A stretch of 64,000 bases of DNA from Octopus vulgaris (lineage: Eukaryota), in assembly GCA_951406725.2 (NCBI GenBank), contig OX597816.1, positions 72,416,001 through 72,480,000 of the forward strand, in the 5' to 3' direction. The notes beneath the pieces are model-generated. The model was given only the letters and a program-made list of their open reading frames with translations. It did no database searches and was not told the origin of the DNA. This document shows positions 56,100 through 64,000 of this stretch, piece after piece. Position 1 is the stretch's first letter; every line of letters begins with the position of its first letter. A program made the translations under genes and the position numbers.

Positions 56100-56770
56100 C
56101 CCCAGAAAGCCATTAAAAAATCGATAAACCGACCCTTTATGTCCATAAGTTATTTTGCGGCCAAATTCTAGTTTTTGGCTTTCTTCTGCCTCCTTTTTGT
56201 GGTGGCTTCCGATGGAAAGAAAATGCCTATAAAATTCTACAAAGCTGATGAAAAGATCAGTGTTAATACTTACTACAAAACTCTGAGATATCAGGTATTG
56301 CCATGGCTTAAAGCAAACTACCCAGATGGTAATTATGTATGGACACAGGATGGTGCTCCAGCCCTCACAGCTAGAAAAATTCAAGATTTCTGCAAATCCA
56401 ACTTTAGCAATTTTTTGGAATCATGTTTATGGCCGCCTTCTAGCCCAGATCTAAACCCTCTGGATTATGCTATATAGAACATGCTACCAATAGAACATCA
56501 CACAGCAATGTGTGATGTTCTCTTAAAGATACTATTAAAGAAGAATGGGAGAAGTTGTTTCCCGAATATTTGAGTAACACTTGTGCAAGTTTCAGGAAGC
56601 GTGTGAAGGCAGTTATTGAGAAAGAAGGAGGAAACATAGAATAAAAATATTTTCTATTATGTAAATTTTCTTGTGGCAAATAAATTCTCATGACTTTCAA
56701 TAAACTAACTGGTCATACACTGTCTTTCAATCCCTGCCTCAAAATATTGCAAATTTTGCTTCCCCACCCT
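56100..56770 (+). mobile_element. maT (DD37D) Tc1/mariner 3' fragment with a probable right TIR
   Basis: WTQDGAPAL...WPPSSPDLNPLDY with 37 residues between the last two catalytic Asp; ends AATTTTGCTTCCCCACCC followed by TA. Confidence 0.85.
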
Positions 56771-56913
56771 ATATATGCATGTGTACCGACGCACGAAACT
56801 TGGACCTTGGGTCACTCTGTTGCTTCTGCTAAATATTAATCAAAATATACATATACTCATATTTTGAGTTCAATTTTTTTTCTGTTTGCACCAACATACC
56901 TATATATGTGTGA

Positions 56914-56950
<37 letters not shown>

Positions 56951-57705
56951 TATATGTATATACATACTAGCTTAAGAGCCACTCTATTATGCGGCTTTTA
57001 AGATTGCTCCTGTGGAGGGCTCTTCATTGGGTCTTGGACCCTAACCCAATGACACTTTACGCATTGAGCATATATAAAATTTTATTAAACTTGTCCAATA
57101 GTTTTCAAGCAATGAACAATTGCAATGAATAATTCTCATCAAAACAATGATATAATTTGTTGACTTGGAACTTATTGCAAAGCTATATGATAAACAACAT
57201 ATTTTGTCTTCCCATTCGGGATTCAGTACAATTTTTCTCTATCTAACCTCTTTCGTTCTCTCTCTCTTTTGTTGAATATTTTCAGCCTTCACCATCACCA
57301 ATACCACCAACATCGCCACCACAACTGCCATACACACAACATTCAGACTTCTGACGCCACCACCATCAATTCGCCACCTTCCACTCCACCACCGCCAACC
57401 CCTGTCTTTCACATCACTTACTATCACCGTCATCCCTGACCATCTCTGCTACCACCACCAGCACCAGCACCACCACCACCACCATCGTCTCCACCTCTAT
57501 CACAATTATAGCTCATACTATTACTATCACCCTATTACCATCACAACCGTCAATCTACTACCGCTCTCACAGTCTCTATGCTTACTATTACTCTCAGCCC
57601 AACTTCAGGAATAGTAAAAGTGTCATTGAATAGTGAGAGAGGGAGACAACGTGTGACACACTGACACACAGAAATTCGTTTTGGCATTTGTGTGTATATA
57701 TATGG

Positions 57706-57754
<49 letters not shown>

Positions 57755-58202
57755 TATATATATATATAGACACAAAATAATCTTCATCATGGGGATTGCA
57801 TATATTTTAAGATACATATATTTATTTATACATACATATACATATATATATATGCGTATAATATATATGATATCTATATATATGTGTATATATATATATA
57901 TGTGTGTATGTATGTGTGTGTGTATGTAGATATGTGCATAAACATATATGTATACGTAAGTGTGCGCGCGAGCACACTCGTATTCATGTATCTTTTTCCT
58001 CACGTACTTCATCTCTGTTTTCAAAGGAAATGACATAATTACTATAAGTGTTGGCTTGCCTTGTGTGTTACTGGCATATGTATGCAATAATTGTGCATTT
58101 GTTTACGAATTTCCGATACGGTCCCATACTTCTGTCGTGACAGAACGACAATTCCCAACTGCCAGGTCAGGTACCTCGAAGTCCCGAATTATATATATAT
58201 AA

Positions 58203-58233
<31 letters not shown>

Positions 58234-58312
58234 CATACATACATACATACATACATACACATACATACATACATACATACATACATACATACATACATAC
58301 ACGCATACTTAC

Positions 58313-58386
<74 letters not shown>

Positions 58387-58549
58387 GTTATCGCCATACT
58401 AATATGGCATTCTTATAAAAATAAGAAAAAAGCTGTCCGCTTATTAGCTCCATGAGGCCATCGCCTTAAGTTAGCTATTTGATACACAAACTGTATCCAT
58501 ATAACCTTCGAACAAGGGAGGTCAGTCGCTCCACACTACTTGACCGGCA

Positions 58550-58591
58550 GCTACAGACGCGTTTCGGAGTATTGCCCCTTTTCAATGCAGC
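58550..58591 (-). ncRNA. Type I hammerhead ribozyme, U3-A8 core variant (copy 1)
   Basis: Reverse complement of 58984-59025. Confidence 0.8.
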
Positions 58592-58983
58592 GTAGCCAGT
58601 CAGTAGGTGTCGCTTCCGACAATCTCTGTTCGATGGTTTTATTTACCTAGTTTCGGTGGAATACATCCACTTGTTTTCAATAATAGAAATATTAAAATAA
58701 CTAAGTCTCTCTAAAAGAGAACAGCGTTCCCGGAAAATAATAGTTATCGCCATACTAATATGGAGCTAATAAGCGGACAGCTTTTTTCTTATTTTTATAA
58801 GAATGCCATATTAGTATGGCGATAACTATTATTTTCCGGGAACGCTGCCGCTGTTCTCTTTTAGAGAGACTTAGTTATTTTAATATTTCTATTATTGAAA
58901 ACAAGTGGATGTATTCCACCGAAACTAGGTAAATAAAACCATCGAACAGAGATTGTCGGAAGCGACACCTACTGGCTGGCTAC

Positions 58984-59025
58984 GCTGCATTGAAAAGGGG
59001 CAATACTCCGAAACGCGTCTGTAGC
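58984..59025 (+). ncRNA. Type I hammerhead ribozyme, U3-A8 core variant (copy 2)
   Basis: GCTGCA TTGAAAA GGGG CAATA CTCC GAAA CGCG TC TGTAGC. Stem I extends through GGCTGGC/GCCGGTC and CTACT/AGTAG. Confidence 0.8.
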
Positions 59026-59251
59026 TGCCGGTCAAGTAGTGTGGAGCGACTGACCTCCCTTGTTCGAAGGTTATATGGATACAGTTTGTGTATCAAATAG
59101 CTAACTTAAGGCGATGGCCTCATGGAGCTAATAAGCGGACAGCTTTTTTCTTATTTTTATAAGAATGCCATATTAGTATGGCGATAACTATTATTTTCCG
59201 GGAACGCTGCCGCTGTTCTCTTTTAGAGAGACTTAGTTATTTTAATATTTC

Positions 59252-59289
<38 letters not shown>

Positions 59290-59316
59290 AAATGTAATAT
59301 GTGACAATTATTCGGT

Positions 59317-59388
59317 AGCCATGATAAAACTCCGAGTTTCGGATGCCGCGGTGGAAATCCACGCCGCCATCTCTTCAGTTATCCGGCC
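59317..59388 (-). ncRNA. Type I hammerhead ribozyme with a long stem II
   Basis: - strand GATAA CTGAAGA GATG GCGGC GTGG ATTT CCAC CGCGG CATC C GAAA CTC G GAG TT TTATC. Confidence 0.8.
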
Positions 59389-60189
59389 ATCGGAAAAATG
59401 CTATGAAAAATGACCGTTATACAAAGGGAAATTACTGTGTGATTGACCGTTATTTAGACAAAAGAGCTATTCGAATGACCGCTAAGTAAGGGAGTAGAGT
59501 AAGGGGGGTAAAAAGTTCATAGTATTCACGTAAGCGCGCCTGTTCTTACCTACACATGTGCGCCCGCACACCCACGTGCGTGCGCCTAAAGCTCTATGTT
59601 CATCTACCCTCACTTGAAAAACGTACACATCCTCACTCCCATCCTTCGCCAAAAGTATATGCATATGCATACAAACCCGCACACACGCGCACCATAAAGG
59701 TTCATATACACGTCTACATACGCACAAGCACAAGAAGAAACAGGGTTAAGGGTAACAATACAGAAAAATGGCATAAGGGAGTATACAAAGAGTAAACCAC
59801 GTCTATTTACGCACGTACCCTTATGTACGCACACACACACACGCCTATATACGCACATCAGTATTCCGAACAATATTTGAGTATTTATAAGTATTCAGGA
59901 TTTTCAACACAGTGAATAAACCTATAAAGCTGACTGGGCAATTACTTTTCAAACTAGCAGGAATGTTCGAGGAAATCGATTGACCATAACGGAAAAATAT
60001 ATAAACATTGAAACATGTTGAATTAAAATTATAAATTGGTACTTGATAGTATAGATCATCTGTACTCGCTGTAACAGATCAGGTATAAACAATCCAGAGG
60101 ATGTGAAAGGCCTTATCAAAAAATATATATATATTTATAAGTAGAAATATTGCGCTTCTAAATTTCTCAGAGAGAGTTATGCAGAAACA

Positions 60190-60346
60190 GCTTGTTGTCG
60201 ACTTAATGTGGCAGTCCCAGGAAAGGGAAGAATGTCACTGTTATTTAGCTCCAAGAAACACCGTAGCCAACTAGAAATGGTGTTTCTTGGGGCTAAATAA
60301 CATTAAGATTCTTTTCTGGGACTGCCACATTAAGTTGGCAACAAGC
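60190..60346. repeat. Inverted repeat (arms about 70 bp, 16-nt spacer)
   Basis: GCTTGTTGTCGACTTAATGTGGCAGTCCCAG...TGTTATTTAGCTCCAAGAAACACC / GGTGTTTCTTGGGGCTAAATAACA...CTGGGACTGCCACATTAAGTTGGCAACAAGC. Confidence 0.9.
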
Positions 60347-60355
60347 CATCAATTT

Positions 60356-60391
<36 letters not shown>

Positions 60392-60412
60392 GTATATATG
60401 CATATACATGCA

Positions 60413-60482
<70 letters not shown>

Positions 60483-60490
<8 letters not shown>

Positions 60491-60600
60491 AAAGCAAATG
60501 GCACAACGAAGTACCGATATTTACTGGAAAATACGACGCTAATGTATAGCTTCACTATATATCGGTACTTCGTTGTGCCATTTATTTGCTTTTATGTATA
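60483..60600. repeat. Inverted repeat (arms about 38 bp) in a short element between (TA)n arrays
   Basis: TATACATAAAAGCAAAT GGCACAACGAAGTACCGATAT / ATATCGGTACTTCGTTGTGCC ATTT ATTTGCTTTTATGTATA. Confidence 0.9.
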
Positions 60601-60654
60601 ATTTTCCCTCACGAGCTATTCTTTACTGGAAAGCAATACTCTCGTATTGCATTA

Positions 60655-60697
<43 letters not shown>

Positions 60698-61699
60698 TGC
60701 ATGCATGCATGCACACGCGCACACCTACACGCATGTACGCATACATGCATACATGCATACACACACACACACGCACGTACACATACATACATACACACAC
60801 ACATACATACACCCATACACATACATGCATCCTACACACACAGACATACACACTCACACATACATACACACACACACACTCACTCACACACTTGCATGTA
60901 CGCGCACACACATGCACATACACACACTTCCACACACACACACGTACATACATACACACTCATACACATACACACACACACACACACGGACATACATCTA
61001 TACACACATATACACACACATACTTACATACATTCATCGGACACACTGACACCCAGACATACACACAGACACACTCACACATCCACACACACACACATAC
61101 TTACACACACACTCGCAGGCGCGCGCACATACACGCTTGTGCGCGTTCGCGCACGCATACACGCATGCATGCACCACGCTCGTGGGTACCGACTAGATCT
61201 CCTGTTCGTATCTGGGGCCGGCGCGTGTCTTTGGGTTCTCCCACGCCTGTCGCCGCGGGACCACTCTTCCATCTTTCCCTCAGCTGCAGTTTTTTTCCTT
61301 AATACGCCCCCCCTTTTTGTACACACACGCACACACATACACACACCCACTCACACACACATTTGCATATATATATACATTACACTTACACACACTTCAA
61401 ATTTACTTGCCATACATACAACTACGCACACTGGACACACACACACTACCACTCAACACACACACTGGTACGTTACATACGCCCCCACCTTTTCCCTCCT
61501 TCCCTTCTTCCCTCCTTCCTCCTTTTTTTACCACTGACCACTCACTTGAGACTTGCTATGTCAACTACTGTTCGCCCTACCACACACACTTACATACAGA
61601 CGCACGCACTAACATATACATATATTTTTTGTTTTTTTATCTCGCCTCACACACACACATACACACACGCACACGCACACACTCACACATACATACACA

Positions 61700-62002
61700 T
61701 CATTTTTGTTACCAACCTTCCTGTCTCCACTCTTTTGGCTTAAAAAACCTACTTTGCCCTTGTTATCCAAAACTTCCGGCCTTTCAGCATGTGTACTTCG
61801 TAAACACCAGTCGCGTTTTTTTCCCCTCTGTTCGCCCACATCGGGATCTTTCTTTCTTCTTTCTTCCTTCTCTTATGTTTCCGACGAAGAGCTCCGCTCG
61901 AAACGTCATACCCTCCTTCTTCCATTTTCCTGAGCGCCTAATAATAATAATACTGTAATTGTTGCACGTGTTGTTGTTTTTTCTATTTTCCCGTTTGGAT
62001 TA

Positions 62003-62008
<6 letters not shown>
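61700..62008 (+). mobile_element. Penelope-like 3' end/pLTR with an HHR-like motif at 61877-61911
   Basis: GTTT CCGACGA A GAGC TCC GCTC GAAA CG TC ATAC. Shares TTCCTGAGCGCC with 22796 and ends in (TA)n. Confidence 0.6.
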
Positions 62009-62064
<56 letters not shown>

Positions 62065-62123
62065 GATGCTTGTGTGTTGTTTTTCTGTTGTTTAGTTCTA
62101 TAAATAATGTGTATATGTGTTTG

Positions 62124-62179
<56 letters not shown>

Positions 62180-62237
62180 ACTATTCACCAATACATACAT
62201 ACGTACGTACGTACGTATGCATGTCAGTATGTCTTGG

Positions 62238-62560
62238 GTTAGGCAAAAAGCCGTTGGTTTTTGCCGACAATAATTTTCAAGTACTCTAATAAATATCTAG
62301 CGCCAGTCTCTCCCTTGTGCATGTGCACTCGTTATTTACTTAACACTTCAATGTAGTTCAACGATTGCGACGAGACAGGTTACATTTTGTGTGCCTCGTA
62401 TCACACTGAAAATGGAAAATTCAAAACGAACATTATCTCCATCTCAAACTTTTTTTTATTTAAAACACGCAAGAATGCAGCAGAAAATATTCACTCTGTA
62501 TTGAGAAGATGCTGAAACTATACTGGCAATGCGTTTTCCAGCAGCTCGTTTAAATTCTGC
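62238..62560 (+). mobile_element. Mariner 5' remnant
   Basis: Frameshifted N-terminal HTH-like sequence from ATG 62411 (KNAAENI...EDAE...RLNS). Confidence 0.45.
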
Positions 62561-62584
62561 ATGAATATACATACATACAAACAC

Positions 62585-63546
62585 CCGGTTCTTGACTGAA
62601 GACTGAGGGTTTCGAATGTCCTGTCCGTGTTTATTGTATCGTCTTCTAAGAGTTATACGTTCTTGTCCATGTTGTATTTTTCTACATACCTTAACATATA
62701 TTCCAGGCGCCCCGTACCCCCTTAACATTAATGTGAGCACATATTCTTAATAATTGGTACGACTCTCTGTTTGTCTCTCTCTCTCTCTCATTTTTACTTG
62801 ATCTGTCCCCCTCTCTCTCTTTTCTCTCCACTCATCCTCTTTTTCTCTTCTCTTTCCTCTGATTCTTTGGTCTAGTCTTCCACTACCCTCCTATTTCTTT
62901 GTCTCGCTCTGCACTCACAGGTCATTCTTCGACACCCATCCCTTCTCCTCTCTGATTCCTTCTTTCTCTCTCTTCTCTCTCTTTGTTGCGTTTGTCCCTC
63001 CTCTCTCTCTCTCCTCTCTCTCTCTCTTCCTTTGCTTCTCTTTCTTTTCTTTTCCTCTTCTCTGTCACGTGACTGTTGGCCGAAATCTGCCTTTCAGCTC
63101 CTGACCCTCGTCCTGTTAACATCGCTGTTTTCGTCCGCCGCTATAAAGGCTTTTTCCATTGCGCCAGAGAAAAAAATTTGTTTGCTTGTTATCAGTCGTA
63201 AGACACTGTTGTTTTCACCGTTAATGCTTCTGTATTTCATGTTTCTGTATTCCATTATTGTTTTTTGTTTTTTTATATCTGTCCCTTTTGCTGTCCTGGT
63301 GTTCGTATGCATTCGATCCTTCTTCCAGGAAATCTACGCTTCCAGCTTAGTTTTTCTAATGCTCGTTGCTTAGTTTTTCTTGGAGGGCTGGCCGTGATCT
63401 AGTAATCTCAAGATTAATCAGCCGAAATTACTACGATGATCCGGTTCTTGACTGAAGACTGAGGGTTTCGAATGTCTTGTCCGTGTTTATTGTATCGTCT
63501 TCTAAGAGTTATACGTTCTTGTCCATGTTGTATTTTTCTACATACC

Positions 63547-63550
<4 letters not shown>
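62585..63550 (+). mobile_element. Non-autonomous element with 110-bp terminal direct repeats ending in (TA)n (Penelope-like partial tandem)
   Basis: 62585-62694 equals 63441-63550 apart from about one substitution; no TG..CA LTR ends. Confidence 0.7.
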
Positions 63551-63636
<86 letters not shown>

Positions 63637-63638
63637 TG

Positions 63639-63681
<43 letters not shown>

Positions 63682-63700
63682 GTCTGTCTGTCTGTCAGCA

Positions 63701-63960
63701 TGTCTTGAGCAAGAGACTTTACTTTCACGTTGCTCCAGTTAACTCAGCTGTAGAAATGAGTTGCGACGTCACGGGTGCCAGGCTGTATCGGCTCCTTTGC
63801 CTTTCCCTTGGATAACATCGGTGCCGTGAAGTGGGGAGGCTAGTATGCATGGGCGACTGCTGGTCTTCCACTAACAACCTAACTCGGACTCGTGTCTCGG
63901 AGAGCGCAATCTAGGGGCAATCCCATGGCCATTCATGACCGAAGGGGGTCTTTACCCTTT
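63701..63960 (+). mobile_element. SINE family C (5'-truncated)
   Basis: Reverse complement of 11358-11605. Confidence 0.85.
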
Positions 63961-64000
63961 TACATACATACATACATGTGTGTGTGTGTGTGTGTGTGTG

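Larger units (their letters stand above)
58381..59256. mobile_element. Retrozyme/Penelope-pLTR-like element: 362-bp unit in head-to-head, longer-than-unit blocks between (TA)n arrays
   Basis: Block 1 (58381-58763, period 356) is the reverse complement of block 2 (58760-59256, period 362). They are joined through an ATGG microhomology. Confidence 0.85.

Noticed and set aside
57005-57070. TGCTC CTGTGGA ... TT GAGCA with an internal hairpin
   Set aside because: The core is mutated and GAAA is missing; at most an unprovable fossil.
63412-63470. Twister-ribozyme resemblance (TAA..GCC..CCGGT..GAGGG)
   Set aside because: The pseudoknot pairings of the twister L4 loop are not satisfied.

Overview
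AT-rich eukaryotic intergenic or intronic DNA with no host protein-coding gene I can support. Almost all ORFs in the track are microsatellite read-throughs. The SINE families and the microsatellite density resemble an octopus (coleoid cephalopod) genome, which is an inference. The window is a mosaic of several element types. It holds at least four tRNA-headed SINE families with shuffled heads and tails, and LINE fragments (CR1/L2-like with a 5' inversion, Tx1/L1-like, RTE-like, and R4/Dong-like elements ending in (AAT)n). It also holds Tc1/mariner remnants, hAT- and piggyBac-like MITEs, and a Helitron. The most notable signal is a set of roughly ten type I hammerhead-ribozyme (HHR) or HHR-like motifs from several unrelated short non-coding repeat families, most of them next to (TA)n arrays. 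The best example is a near-identical 362-bp unit at 58381-59256, arranged as head-to-head blocks longer than one unit. Each block carries an HHR with the compensatory U3-A8 core (UUGAAAA), so the element looks like a Penelope pLTR or a retrozyme. All folds were derived by eye and none has been computed or tested.
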